DNA from: Eledone cirrhosa
Taxonomy: Eukaryota
NCBI GenBank assembly: GCA_964016885.1
Contig: OZ024760.1
Location: forward strand, 4,650,001-4,714,000
Length of the DNA stretch: 64,000 bases
Direction of reading: 5' to 3'
Both the position numbers and the translations under genes were made by a program. The notes beneath the pieces were generated by a model that had not been told where the DNA came from, searched no databases, and worked only from the letters and a program-made list of their open reading frames with translations. Below, one piece after another: positions 53,301 to 63,829 of the stretch. Positions within the stretch are counted from its first letter, which is position 1; each line of letters begins with the position of its first letter.

Positions 53301-56300
53301 GGACCCCAGTCCCTATCATCTCATTTCTACAGCTGAGGAAACTGGAGCAATGTGAAATAAAGTGTCTTGCTCAAGGAAACAACACATCAGCTGGTCTGAG
53401 AATTGAACTCACAACCTTTCGATTGCAAGGCCAATGCTCTAACCACTAAGCCATGTGCCTCCATATATATATATATATTTATGTTGTTACAATATATAGA
53501 CTCACACTATATATATATATTTATATATTTATGTATAGATCATTACAACATATGCTTTCACAAGAAAAGGAGACTTGCCTGTCTGTGAGAGCTGAAATCA
53601 GTGACCTGGAAAAAAAGATGGCCGTTCTACAGGAGAAAGATAACAGTAAGATACAGACACTTCAAAAGTAAGTCACCTTCTTTTACATCCAAGTTTATAG
53701 GACACACCCAGATTTATGGGACATACCCAGCTTTACAAGACATACCCAGCTTTACAAGACACACTCAGATTTCAAAGATACACCTAGGTTTACAGGACAT
53801 ACCCAGATTTACAAGACACACCTAGGTTTACAAAACACACCCAGGTTTACACATCTAAAGTCTGTCTCAAGCCTGGAAGCCCATCAGGCCGGTACTTATC
53901 CCGGTTTCCATGGTGTTAAGTGACTAAGAGTACAAAACTTACCCCACCTGGACAGGATGCCAGTCCATGGAAAGGTTAAACCCCTAGCTATTGCTGGTAC
54001 TCTTTTTCAGCTTAGTATACTGGAGCAATGTGAAATGAAGTGTTTTGCTCAAGAACACAACACACAATCCTGTCCAGGAATCAAACCCACAACATTATGA
54101 TCGTAAGTCCAACACCCTTACCACACCCAAATAGACAAGACACACTCAGATTTATGGCGTGTTGTTAAGGATTTCCAAGCCCCACTCTTCCTCTAATCTG
54201 CTCTTCCCACCATATTCAGTAACCTCCATGCACCCTCACTTGTTTTTCAACCAGTTGTTGATGATGATGTTGTTGTTGGCAATGATTCTGAGACAGCTGT
54301 TATTGTTGAAGACGATTTTCAATCAATTGTTTTTGTTGTTGTTTCCACTTCAGAGAGAATGAACTGTTGAGGCACCAACTGAAGAAATATGTTAATGCAG
54401 TTCAGTTACTGAGGAAAGAAGGTACCAAGGCAGAAGGTATATATATATATATTAGATTATTGAATAATTAGAATACTGGATCACTGGATTATAAAATGAG
54501 GACATTAACTCTTAATGTCCTCTACCCCATGGAACCACATTAGCTAAACATTCTTGAAAAGTATATCGATGTGACCATAGTATGTTTTAAATATATACAT
54601 AAATTTTAGGAAAATATATTTTCAAGATAGCTATAATAAAAATATTGTTATACTTTGGGAGGGTCATGTTGCCAATAAGAAACACACGCACCAGTTGCTT
54701 TCACTTCAATTTATTATATATTTATAAATTTACAAATTTATAATATATTTTGCTCCTTTCCTTTGCTATATATATATTTAATTGTTTCTACTTTTGGCAC
54801 AAAGCCAGCAATTATCCCAGTGTATTACTGGTACTTTATTTTATCGACTCCGTAAGGATGAAAGGCAAAGTTAACCTCGGCGGGATTTGAACTCAGTCCG
54901 TAAATGGACGTAAAGCATGGCGTCCGACCCTCTACCGATACTGCCAATCCACCGCTCTATATATATATTTAATGTTAGCGATAACATTGTTGTTTGGTAT
55001 TCAAGCAAGCAGTACCATTTGTTTATAGCTTGCAAAAGCAACATGTCTCACAGCTAAGTAGTTTGACATGGAATAAGTACTGTACTAAAGAAGAAGAATT
55101 GATAAATAAATCATAGATTGGTGTGAGGAATGGTATTGAGCTGTAAAATACTGCCTCAGAAAAAGTCTCATCCAACCCATGCCAGCATGAGAAAAGTAAA
55201 CCTGATGATGAAAATGATGATGATGATGATGATGATCTCAAATCTTTGCAGGTTCCCTTGGTATCCACCTAGATGAGTTACAGCCAGTTATCCCACCACC
55301 AAAATCAAACATAGATTACAGCCATGAAGCTTCAGAATATGAGAAAAAACTGATTCAAGTAGGTTGGGTCTGTTGTTGTCATTGTTGTTGTTGTTATTGT
55401 TGTTGTTGTTGTTGATCATCATCATCATCATCATAATTAGCATCATTATATCATCATCATCTTTGTTGCCGTCATTGTCGTCATGACCATTATCATAATC
55501 ATCACCGCCACCACCATCATCATCATCATCATCATCATTATATCATCATCAACATCATCATCATCATCTTAATCATCATCACCACTATCATAATCATCAC
55601 CATCATCATAGTCCTCACCATTATCATCAGCACCACCATCCTCACTGTCATCATGATCATCATATCATCATTGACACCACTGCCATCATCACCATTATCA
55701 TCATCACCACCATCATCATGGCCACCACTGCCGTCATCATCACCACCATCATCATCACCACCACCGCCATCATCACCATCATCGTCACCACCACCATCAT
55801 CATCGCCACCACTGCCCTCATCATCATATCGTCATCACCATCATCGTCACCACCACCGCCATCATCATATCATCACCATCATCACCATCACCATCACCAT
55901 CATCGCCACCACCACCACCATCATCGCCACCACTGCCATCATCATCATATCATCACCATCATCACATCATCACCACCACCACCATCATCACCACCACCAC
56001 CACCATCATCACCACCACCACCATCATCACCACCACCACCACCATCATCATCGCCACCACCACTGCCATCATCATCGCCACCACTGCCATCATCATCATG
56101 TTATTGTTCAAAATATTCCCATTCGTTACTCTCTCTCTCTTTCTCTTCCCCTCTCCACTTCTTAGGTAGCCGAGATGCATGGTGAGTTGATAGAGTTCAA
56201 TGAAGCTTTACATCGAACCATCCAAGTGAAAGATGCCCTCATCAAACAGCTACGACAGGAACTCATCAGTCTCCATGGACCGGTCAGTACTGGTTACTGC

Positions 56301-59300
56301 CTTTCAATAATCCTAGACAGACATGCATGCATGTGTCAACTTCTCCTGTATGTTTATATAATTTGGAGAGAATTTTCAGCTCAGCCCATCTGACTTTCTT
56401 GTTAACCCTTTAGGATTTAAACTGGCCATATTCGGCCAGAATTCTCTCATCTCTTTCTGTTTAAACTGGCCATAACCAGCCGTTTATACTGATGTTAAGG
56501 TGTTGTTCTTAAAATAAAAAATATCAAAATCGCATAGTTTCGATATTATGGGAGATAATTATGTGAGGTAAAGTGTTTATCATGAAAATACAATAGTAAA
56601 TATAGAGTAATGTGAATGGTAAAGGGTTAAGGTGTAAAACATTTAGTGGTCAGGGCCAAATTAACCTTTTTGTTACCATATTTCTAATGAAAGACACTAC
56701 CTATGATTTTCAAATCATTTTGAAAATAATCAAGAATTTGGTATGTTTTAGTAAAAGAACTTAACAAAGGTTATAATATAAAATAATAATTGTTTCTACT
56801 TTTGGCACAAGGCCATCAATTACCCAGTACATTACTGGTACTTTATTTTATCGACCCCGTAAGGATGAAAGGCAAAGTTAACCTCGGCGGGATTTGAACT
56901 CAGACCGCAAAGGGACGTAACTATGCTGGAAAGCATGGCGATACTGCCAATCCACCGCCCTAATATATAAAATAATAATGGAGGGTTTTTAGATAAATAT
57001 AAACACTTTAATCTCTTCAGTGTCGTAGACGAGATAACTCGTCCTAACATGTTTGAACTCTTTTTTTAATAGTTCATAACTTCAAAGCTAGATGGGGTTA
57101 CTAGTTTATTGATGTGATGTTTGTAAATCATTCAGATATGTGTTGTTAATGAATGTTTGTTTAAAAAAAACAGTCATTTTACGGACAAAAAATCCGGCTT
57201 AGCAACTGTAGCTGTGTAAAATATACACAGCAGTCAACAGGTTAAAATAATCAGCCTTGTATCATAGAACTTTTCTTCTTTCAAATTATTTCAGTATAAT
57301 GTGTGATATCTCTGTTTTAAAATGTTGTTTACTTTATATATTTTACAGTTACCTGATGAAGGTCCATCTTATTCAGACTGTGTCTCCTTAGATGTCGACA
57401 AGTAAGTGTTTAACCTTCTTTATATCTGTTTAACTCTATCATCATCGACTTGGCCAAAACCAGTTTTTTCATGGTTAGTTAAAGGCTCATCAGGCTGGTG
57501 CTTAAAATTTGATAGAAGGATTTTTTTTAGATAAATATATACACTTTAATCTTTTCATGACCATATTTCTAATGAAAGACATTACCTGTGTCTTTTATTA
57601 AAAAAACCCTTTTATCAAATTTTATGTAAGAATCTTTAAGTTATATTCCAAACACTATTTAAATAATGAGAATATTATGTTCCAAACACCAACCTTTATT
57701 GTGTTTCAAACTCCAGCTTACTTATAAGAAAGTTAATTATATCAGTAAATCCCTCTAAAACAGGCAAGTCAAACATGCAGGCTGCATGCGGCCCTTTACA
57801 AGCACACCTGTCACCTGCCCGCACAAAGGTTTTTTCAGCGTGAGCATAATATAAAATAAAAAATATTAGTTTTAATGTGTGGCTCTCAGACAACACATAT
57901 GTGACCCATGTGGCCCTCATGGGACCCTCAGTTTGACATGCCTGCTCCAAAATGCTTAATGATCTTCAAAGTGATTTCAAATCCATAGGCAGTTTTTCAT
58001 TAGAAATATGGTACTGAAAGGATTTAAAGAGTCTTACATTTTGTTTCATCAATTTACACAACTGAAGTACTATCTCTGTCTTTTCTTTATATATACAGTC
58101 TAACCATTAGTCCGAGAAACCTTGTACATGTTTGGATTCCATCAGCATTTTTACGTGGTTTGTCATCAGACACCTATCATGTATATCAGGTAAATATATT
58201 TCTAAATTTTAATATACACACTGGATATAATTCTTCTTTGCTCATTTATTCCTTCCACCAGGTCCTGTCAGAAACAACTGTCTCTAATTGATCCGGCTGT
58301 ATCCCTAAGTGAGACCAGCCAAGCTCATGGATGTTATCCAACCATTTTGCTTGGAGTCTACTCCTGGGTTTCCTGCCAGTTGGTTTTGCTTGTAAAATCT
58401 GTCCAGCGATTCTTTCCTGAAACATTCTAACCACGTACTTCCTTCTACATGTGTAGATAAGTTAATTCTTATGACATCTGTAAAGCCATTTCCTTTACTA
58501 CATCTGTAGATAAATTATGTCCTTTCTTTTCTAGGTCTATATCAGAATTCAAGATGAAGAATGGAATGTATACAGACGTTATCGTCAATTTTATGTATTC
58601 TACTCCAAACTGAAGAAAAAATATCCGATCCTGGGGCAATTTAATTTCCCATCTAAAGTTAGAGTTGGCTACAAGGTAAAACTTTGTTTCTATGGCCAGT
58701 AGATTGAAATTTGTGACATATGTTGATTTGTATTTTAAGTATTATTGGCCAGTGGTTTGGCAGTATCGGCAGAGCATTAGGCACAATGCTTTGCAGCATA
58801 GAGTTATGACCCTTTATGTTCTGAGTTCAACTTTGCCTTTCATCCTTACGGGGTCGATAAAATAAAACACCAGTAATGCACTGGGGTCGATTTAATCGAC
58901 TTTCTCCTCTCCCCAAATTGTTGGCCTTGTGCCTAAATCAGTGTCGGTAGATGGTCAGACGTAATGCTTTACAGCATAGTTACAGCCTTTTACAATCTGA
59001 GTTCAAATCCCACTTTGCCTTTCATCCTTATGGAGTCGATGAAATAAAGTACCAGTAATGCACTGAGGTGATTGCTAGCCTTGTGCCAAAAGTAGAAACA
59101 ATTATTATTATTATAAATTATTATTTGGCGGTGGATTGGCAGTATTGGTAGAGGGTCGGTCGCCATGCTTTGTAGCATAGAGTTACGGCCCTTTATGATC
59201 TGAGTTCAAATCTCGCCGAGGTTAACTTTGCCTTTCATCCTTACGGGGTCGATAAAATAAAGTACCAGTAATGCACTGGGATAATTGCTGGCCTTGTGCC

Positions 59301-60872
59301 AAAAGTAGAAACAATTATTATTATTATAAATTAATAATTTAATGCTGTTGTTTTTATTGGTAGGACCCTCGTGTTGTTGAAATGAGACGGACCCGGTTTC
59401 AAGCCTTCCTGCGGAAGGTCATAAGCTGTGTGATAGAAAACTCGGCAAATATTACAGGATCCATCAGTAAACAGACAGTACTACAATATCTGCCATTCTT
59501 TGGGTGAGGATATCTTGATGTTGTTGTTATTGTTGTTTAGTAATTGTTAGTTACACTTTTACTGTTTTACCTGTTCCAGCCGACTGGATGACGCCATGCT
59601 GGGGCACTGGCTTTGAAAGAAATAATCCTGTGAACAGGATTATTTCTTTCAATGTTGTTAGTAGTATGGTTGGTTGTTGTTGTTTTGGTGTAAATAATGA
59701 GACAGTAGAAGAGAACAAGAGATAGATAGATAGAGAGAGATGGGGAGGAGCAAGAGCAAGAAAAAGAACTTAAGAAATGAGGGAGAGAAATGAAAGGGAG
59801 AGAATTCTCTCACCTTTTTCTGTTCAAACCGGCTGTAACTGGCCACTCATACTGATGTTAAGGCATTGATTTCAAAATAAATAATATCAAAATCTCATAG
59901 ATTCAAATATTATGTGAGATAAAGCCTTTACCACAAAAAGAGTATATATAGAGTAATGTAAATGCTAAAGAGTTTAGTCTTTCACTGGGAAACTATCCCG
60001 CCAAAATTCTCTCACTTCTTTCTGTTCAAACCGGCTGTAACTGGCCACTCATATTGATGTTAATGTATTGTTCTCAAAATAAATAACATCAAAATCTCAT
60101 AGATTCGGTATTATGTGTGATAATTATGTAAAATAAAGCCTTTACTGTGAAAATACAACAGTATATAATATGAAATTCCGTTATAACGAAATTCATGGGG
60201 TATAAAAAAAATTTGTTGTAACAAAAAATGTTTTCTAATGAGATTGACCTAAACAAATCAAGCGTTTGTTTATTATTACCTCGGAGATTCAAAAAAATTT
60301 TGTTATGCTGAAACATTTGTTATAATGGTATTCGTTATAATGGAATTTTACCTGTATAAAGTAATGTAAATACTAAAGGGTTAAACTTTGTGTCTCTTTG
60401 TCTCATTTCTTCTCCAAGTTTTAGTGTATGTATGTGTATGTATGTGTATGTGTGTGTGTGTTTCTCTCTCTCTCTTACCTACTTGACACTAGTTAGTTGT
60501 TCTACTAATTTTTGTATTCTATATGTGTGCGAGAGAGTGAAGAAATGAGAGAAGGAAGAATGAAAGGAAAGAGTGAGAGTGTATGTGGGAGAGACAGAAA
60601 TGCTGTCAGAAGAGAGAGAGAGAGGTGGGAGAAGAATTATGAGGAAAGATGAGTGAGGTATTGAGAAAAAAGGTGAAAGATAAAAAAGAAGTAATAGTTT
60701 CTAATGCGTGTAAATTTTCTATTGTCTCAACAGGGAGACGATGGATGAGAATGTACACAAGAACAAACGAGAGACAACCTCCCGTCATCCACCTCCAAGT
60801 AATCCCAGTAACCAGTCATCCTCCAGCAACAACCCCCCTCCTCCGGAGCAGCCTCAGTACACTGGTCTTTGA
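8248..60872 (+). CDS. SNX29: Sorting nexin-29 (RUN domain, coiled coils, PX domain), 22 coding exons, 2595 nt, about 864 aa
   Basis: Exons spliced by hand with GT-AG sites and consistent phases. Motifs match SNX29: [42 protein letters not shown]...[59 protein letters not shown]. Confidence 0.93.
8771..9070 (+). mobile_element. tRNA-derived SINE with an extra 3' segment (that segment recurs inverted at about 46840-46985)
   Basis: Head GGCGGCGAATTGGCAGAGTCG..GAGTTCAAATCC (A/B boxes) plus family core TTTGCCTTTCATCC...GTCGAT...AAAGTACCAG. Confidence 0.7.
11094..11205. repeat. 112-bp near-perfect GC-rich inverted repeat (hairpin)
   Basis: GAAAAGATTCAGG...GACAGCTAGATC taatcg GATCTAGCTGTC...CCTGAATCTTTTC. 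Confidence 0.9.
11460..11878 (+). repeat. Compound (GGT)n-CGTAGTGAAA-(GTA)n minisatellite, about 10 units
   Basis: Directly visible; explains the G/S-rich, V-rich and T-rich spurious ORFs. Confidence 0.9.
12772..13260 (+). repeat. About 29-bp tandem repeat (CTTCGTTGAATATAGACTTGATCCTCTGT), about 16 degenerate copies
   Basis: Directly visible; repetitive ORFs 12727..13077. Confidence 0.9.
13425..13593. mobile_element. hAT-type MITE
   Basis: TIR CAGGGCC...GGCCCTG with 8-bp TSD gctataac/gcaataac. Confidence 0.7.
14815..15440. mobile_element. RTE-like LINE remnants in opposite orientations (minus to about 15200, plus 15205-15440), directly left of the 92-bp array
   Basis: ORF ERLKYL...[13 protein letters not shown]...[12 protein letters not shown] resembles non-LTR RT C-terminal region; minus part matches other RTE copies. 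Confidence 0.75.
15464..31892 (+). repeat. Large tandem array (minisatellite/satellite), 92-bp monomer, about 178 copies, in SNX29 intron 1
   Basis: Consensus CTGATGATCTGCTTTCTTCTGCTAGAAATTGTGTCCAGCAGATAGTATCAGCAATGGAAAGACCAATTGTAACATTGCTTCCTTGGTCTGAT; register recurs exactly every 1380 bp (15 x 92) across the array. Confidence 0.99.
32975..33235 (-). mobile_element. CR1/L2-like LINE 3' end nested in a TTAA MITE (about 32649-33290)
   Basis: Minus strand reads [18 protein letters not shown], a typical CR1/L2 terminal motif; flanked by MITE halves. Confidence 0.55.
33290..34050 (-). mobile_element. Cluster of about 4 tandem tRNA-derived SINE copies
   Basis: Repeated GGCACAAGGCCAGCAATT...CTGGTACTTTATTTTATCGACCCCGTAAGGATGAAAGGCAAAGTT...GGATTTGAACTCAG...TGCCAATCCAC; the same family recurs many times in the window. 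Confidence 0.85.
34612..35210 (+). repeat. Degenerate tandem repeat of about 39 bp (GGTAAGGTCAGTAGTCCCTTATCTGTGGTCCCTATCTGT)
   Basis: Directly visible, about 15 units. Confidence 0.85.
35588..35931 (-). mobile_element. Young SINE with tRNA-like head and (GAT)n RTE-type tail; near-identical copies at about 53115-53458 and 62128-62470; here inserted in a mariner-like MITE (about 35495-36178)
   Basis: Minus head CATGGCTTAGTGGTTAGAGCATTG...GAGTTCAATTC; three copies are highly similar. Confidence 0.8.
36711..36775 (+). CDS. SNX29: SNX29 exon 2 ([21 protein letters not shown])
   Basis: ttttag|...|gtaat. Confidence 0.92.
37323..37375 (+). CDS. SNX29: SNX29 exon 3 ([18 protein letters not shown])
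   Basis: tatag|...|gtaag. Confidence 0.93.
37985..38420 (+). repeat. About 119-bp tandem repeat, about 4 copies
   Basis: Repeated GTTGGTGCCATGATAAAATGCACCCAGTACACTCTGTAAA. Confidence 0.85.
38596..38676 (+). CDS. SNX29: SNX29 exon 4 ([16 protein letters not shown]...), RUN domain
   Basis: tacag|...|gtaag. Confidence 0.93.
38958..39017 (+). ncRNA. Minimal type I hammerhead ribozyme motif (Penelope-like element type)
   Basis: Stem I TATTTTAT, core CTGATGA, stem II AAG..CACA/TGTG..CTT, GAA, palindromic stem III ATACGTAT, cleavage nucleotide A, stem I' ATAAAATA. Confidence 0.75.
39835..39899 (+). CDS. SNX29: SNX29 exon 5 ([21 protein letters not shown])
   Basis: tacag|...|gtaaa, phases fit. 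Confidence 0.88.
40562..40747. mobile_element. piggyBac-type MITE (TTAA-CCCT...AGGG-TTAA); other copies at 47480-47672, 56406-56626, about 5210-5400 and 59800-60380
   Basis: TTAA target-site duplication and TIRs CCCTTTAGCATT... Confidence 0.8.
40995..41185 (-). mobile_element. Full-length tRNA-derived SINE nested in another SINE
   Basis: Family consensus; flanked by the direct repeat tgtatgatcataat. Confidence 0.8.
41839..42013 (+). CDS. SNX29: SNX29 exon 6 (FWQNIKEHL...[13 protein letters not shown]...), RUN core
   Basis: gcag|...|gtaaa; ORF 41832..42017. Confidence 0.95.
42867..42937 (+). CDS. SNX29: SNX29 exon 7 ([24 protein letters not shown])
   Basis: tccag|...|gtgag. Confidence 0.95.
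43525..44165 (+). repeat. 36-bp tandem array (CTTTGAAGTTATGAATTATTGGAAATGATTTCATAA), about 18 copies, inside a TTAA-flanked MITE (43370-44212)
   Basis: Directly visible; explains the 220-aa repetitive ORF. Confidence 0.95.
44284..44442 (+). CDS. SNX29: SNX29 exon 8 ([14 protein letters not shown]...)
   Basis: tgcag|...|gtaag; an internal AG|GTGAGA near 44378 could be an alternative donor. Confidence 0.9.
44893..45439 (+). CDS. SNX29: SNX29 exon 9 ([22 protein letters not shown]..., Ser-rich linker)
   Basis: tccag|...|gtgag, 547 nt open frame, includes ORF 45033..45443. Confidence 0.9.
46558..47275 (-). mobile_element. Cluster of tRNA-derived SINE copies
   Basis: Same family consensus as 33290-34050. 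Confidence 0.8.
47309..47388 (+). CDS. SNX29: SNX29 exon 10 ([13 protein letters not shown]...)
   Basis: ttcag|...|gtgag, phases fit neighbours. Confidence 0.8.
48403..48562 (+). CDS. SNX29: SNX29 exon 11 ([25 protein letters not shown] + N/S tract)
   Basis: polypyrimidine-ctag|...TG|gtgggt; donor position less certain. Confidence 0.75.
49872..49939 (+). CDS. SNX29: SNX29 exon 12 ([22 protein letters not shown])
   Basis: tgtag|...|gtaagt; an in-phase alternative acceptor at 49883 is also possible. Confidence 0.75.
50455..50490 (-). ncRNA. Minimal hammerhead-like motif (CCGATGA core variant)
   Basis: Minus strand TCTT CCGATGA A GGAC tagc GTCC GAAACGT T AAGA. Confidence 0.55.
50553..51474. 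repeat. Two direct repeats of about 295 bp (about 50553-50847 and 51181-51474) around a spacer of about 330 bp, between (TA)n tracts
   Basis: Near-identical ATGAAAGGTATAGAAATTG...GACTATTTCATGAAAA blocks. Confidence 0.9.
52107..52170 (+). CDS. SNX29: SNX29 exon 13 ([21 protein letters not shown])
   Basis: tacag|...AG|gtttt; coiled-coil motif conserved in SNX29. Confidence 0.9.
53539..53667 (+). CDS. SNX29: SNX29 exon 14 ([11 protein letters not shown]...IQTLQK)
   Basis: tatag|...|gtaagt. Confidence 0.9.
53695..53852 (+). repeat. About 20-bp tandem repeat (TTTACAAGACACACCCAG-like)
   Basis: Directly visible just after SNX29 exon 14. Confidence 0.75.
54354..54436 (+). CDS. SNX29: SNX29 exon 15 ([23 protein letters not shown]...)
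   Basis: ttcag|...|gtatat. Confidence 0.9.
55252..55358 (+). CDS. SNX29: SNX29 exon 16 (SLGIHLDE...[11 protein letters not shown])
   Basis: tgcag|...|gtagg. Confidence 0.9.
56166..56282 (+). CDS. SNX29: SNX29 exon 17 ([13 protein letters not shown]...LHGP)
   Basis: cttag|...|gtcagt. Confidence 0.94.
57012..57241. mobile_element. TTAA-flanked MITE, unexpanded inverted relative of 43370-44212
   Basis: Reverse-complement similarity to both flanks of the 36-bp array; TTAA on both sides. Confidence 0.8.
57349..57401 (+). CDS. SNX29: SNX29 exon 18 ([17 protein letters not shown])
   Basis: tacag|...|gtaagt. Confidence 0.87.
57761..57944. mobile_element. hAT-type MITE
   Basis: TIR CAGGCAAGTCAAAC...GTTTGACATGCCTG with 8-bp TSD ctctaaaa/ctccaaaa. 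Confidence 0.75.
58099..58189 (+). CDS. SNX29: SNX29 exon 19 (...[12 protein letters not shown]...HVYQ), PX start
   Basis: tacag|...|gtaaa. Confidence 0.94.
58535..58675 (+). CDS. SNX29: SNX29 exon 20 ([16 protein letters not shown]...FNFPSK...), PX
   Basis: tctag|...|gtaaa; PX RRY motif. Confidence 0.95.
58748..59320 (+). mobile_element. Three tandem tRNA-derived SINE copies filling SNX29 intron 20
   Basis: GGCGGTGGATTGGCAGTA...GAGTTCAAATC...TTTGCCTTTCATCCTTACGGGGTCG...GTAGAAACAATT. Confidence 0.85.
59364..59503 (+). CDS. SNX29: SNX29 exon 21 ([18 protein letters not shown]...LPFF), PX end
   Basis: gtag|...|gtgag. Confidence 0.93.
60734..60872 (+). CDS. SNX29: SNX29 terminal coding exon (ETMDENVH...QPQYTGL*)
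   Basis: acag|..., in phase, TGA at 60870-60872. Confidence 0.82.
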
Positions 60873-62550
60873 GACCTCTGCACTCCAGCTTGATATTCAC
60901 CAACTGATGTTAACATAAATATATGTATATATATATATATACATATATACATATATAAAATATATGTATATATATATACATATATAAAATATATGTATAT
61001 ATATACATATATACATATATAAAATATATGTATATATATATACATATATAAAATATATGTATATATATATACATATATAAAATATATGTATATATATACA
61101 TATATAAAATATATGAAATATATATACATATATAAAATATATATATATATTAAATATATGTATATATATAGTATATATATACATATATAAAATATATGAA
61201 ATATATATACATATATAAATATATATATATATTAAATATATGTATATATATATATACATATATAAAATATATATACATATTAAATATATATATATATATA
61301 TATGAATGTCTAGTATATTTAATAATATACTGTATGTTTAATTAAAAACATTTTGAAGACCATTCGCTATGAGTTTTAAAGTAGTGTCTATGTCACTTAC
61401 TTATTCTCGAGAATAAGTAAGTGACATAGACACAAAATATTTTTAATTAAACATACAGTATATTATCAAATATACTATACATACATTCATATATACGTCG
61501 CTATTTCAGAGCACCAATACTAATATGTATATATATGTGTATAAGTGTGTATGCTAGCAGGGGGGGGGGGGGGAAACAGACGTTAAATGCTGATGATATG
61601 AAGATGACAGTGATGTTATGCTCAGTTGCATCGGATTACCATCATTTTTATATCCACTTTTCCATGCCTGCATTGAAAAATGAACTTAAAAATGATATAT
61701 GTATATATATGTATATGTATACATGTGCATATGCCTATATATATACATACACACACACAGACACTCACATATATATATATATATATGTATACATATATAT
61801 ATATATATATGTGAAAACATATATAAATATATATATATTTATATGTATGTATAAATATATATATATATATATGTGTGTGTATGTATATGTATGTATATAT
61901 ATGTATATATATATATATATATGTATATGTGTGTATGTATATATATATGTATATATGTGTATATATAAATATATATATACGTGTGTATAAATATATATAT
62001 ATATGTATATAAATATATATATATATATGTATATATATATAAATATATATGGATATATATGTATATATATATGTATATATATAAATATATATGGATATAT
62101 ATAAATATATAAGTGTGTATATATATATCATCATCATCATCATCATTTCATTTTACGTCTGCTTTTTCCCTGCTTGCAAGGGTGGGACGGGAACTGATTC
62201 TGGCTTGATTTCTACAGCTGGATGCCCTTCTAAAACACCAACCTCATTTACAGTGAGTGCTGGGTGCTTTTTTGCCGTGGTACCTCCACGACCACTTTGA
62301 AGTGGAATGATAGGGACCCCAGTCCCTATCATCTCATTTCTACAGCTGAGTAAACTGGAGCAATGTGAAATAAAGTGTCTTGCTCAAGGAATCAACACAT
62401 CACCCGGTCTGAGAATTGAACTCACAACCTTTCGATTGCAAGGCCAATGCTCTAGCCACTAAGCCATGTGCTAACCACTAAGCCATGTGCTAAATATATA
62501 TATATGGATATATATAAATATATATGTGCGTATATATATATATATAAATA

Positions 62551-62659
<109 letters not shown>

Positions 62660-63010
62660 ATATAAATATATGTGTATATAAATATATATATCTGTGTACA
62701 TAACTATAAACTTTTGTAAGCAATTAAAATCTAGTCCAAACTGAAAACTGAAGGCCAGTAAAATTAAAAAACACCCAATAAACATATAAACATCATGTTT
62801 CATGAAGTGTTTAGATGTGTTTCCGATGTGTTTTTATGTAAGTGTTTAGATCTGCTTAGATGTGTTTACAGATGTGTTTCATGTGTTTTTATGTGTTTCA
62901 CAATGTGTTTAGATCTGTTTCAAGGTGTGTTTAGAAGTTTCACAATGTGACCCACTGCAAATAGTACTGTTTTACCATTACTTACTACTTTACATAAAGT
63001 CTTATATCTA

Positions 63011-63073
<63 letters not shown>

Positions 63074-63259
63074 AATATATGTGTGTGTGTATACATGTAT
63101 ATATAAATATATATATACGTGTGTATATATGTATATATAAATATATATATATATATATAATGTTTATATATATACGTGTATATGTATGTATATGTGTATA
63201 TATATATATGTATATATATGTATATATATATGTATATATATGTGTATATGTATATATAA

Positions 63260-63303
<44 letters not shown>

Positions 63304-63392
63304 GTAGGAGGTGAGTTTTATTGTAGTACAATAAAGCAATGCAGATATCGGATAAGAAGCACTCTACAGTTTGTAGGACTGGAGTATACATA

Positions 63393-63538
63393 ATATATAA
63401 GATCAAAAGATGGTTAAAAGAGTTCCAAGTATTTTATTATGCGCATTTCAAAAACAAATATCATCATGATGATATTTGTTTTTGAAATGCGCATAATAAA
63501 ATACTTGGAACTCTTTTAACCATCTTTTGATCTTATAT

Positions 63539-63540
<2 letters not shown>
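63393..63540. repeat. Perfect 148-bp palindrome centred on TCATCA|TGATGA
   Basis: 74-bp arms are exact reverse complements with no spacer. Confidence 0.92.
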
Positions 63541-63616
<76 letters not shown>

Positions 63617-63750
63617 GTATATATATATATACATATATATATATGTATATATATATATACATATATATATATATGTATATATATATATACATATATATAT
63701 ATATGTATATATATATATACATATATATATATATGTATATATATATATAC

Positions 63751-63781
<31 letters not shown>

Positions 63782-63829
63782 TATACGTGAACGGCAAAGC
63801 ATAAACGAACTTACACGTGAACGGCAAAG

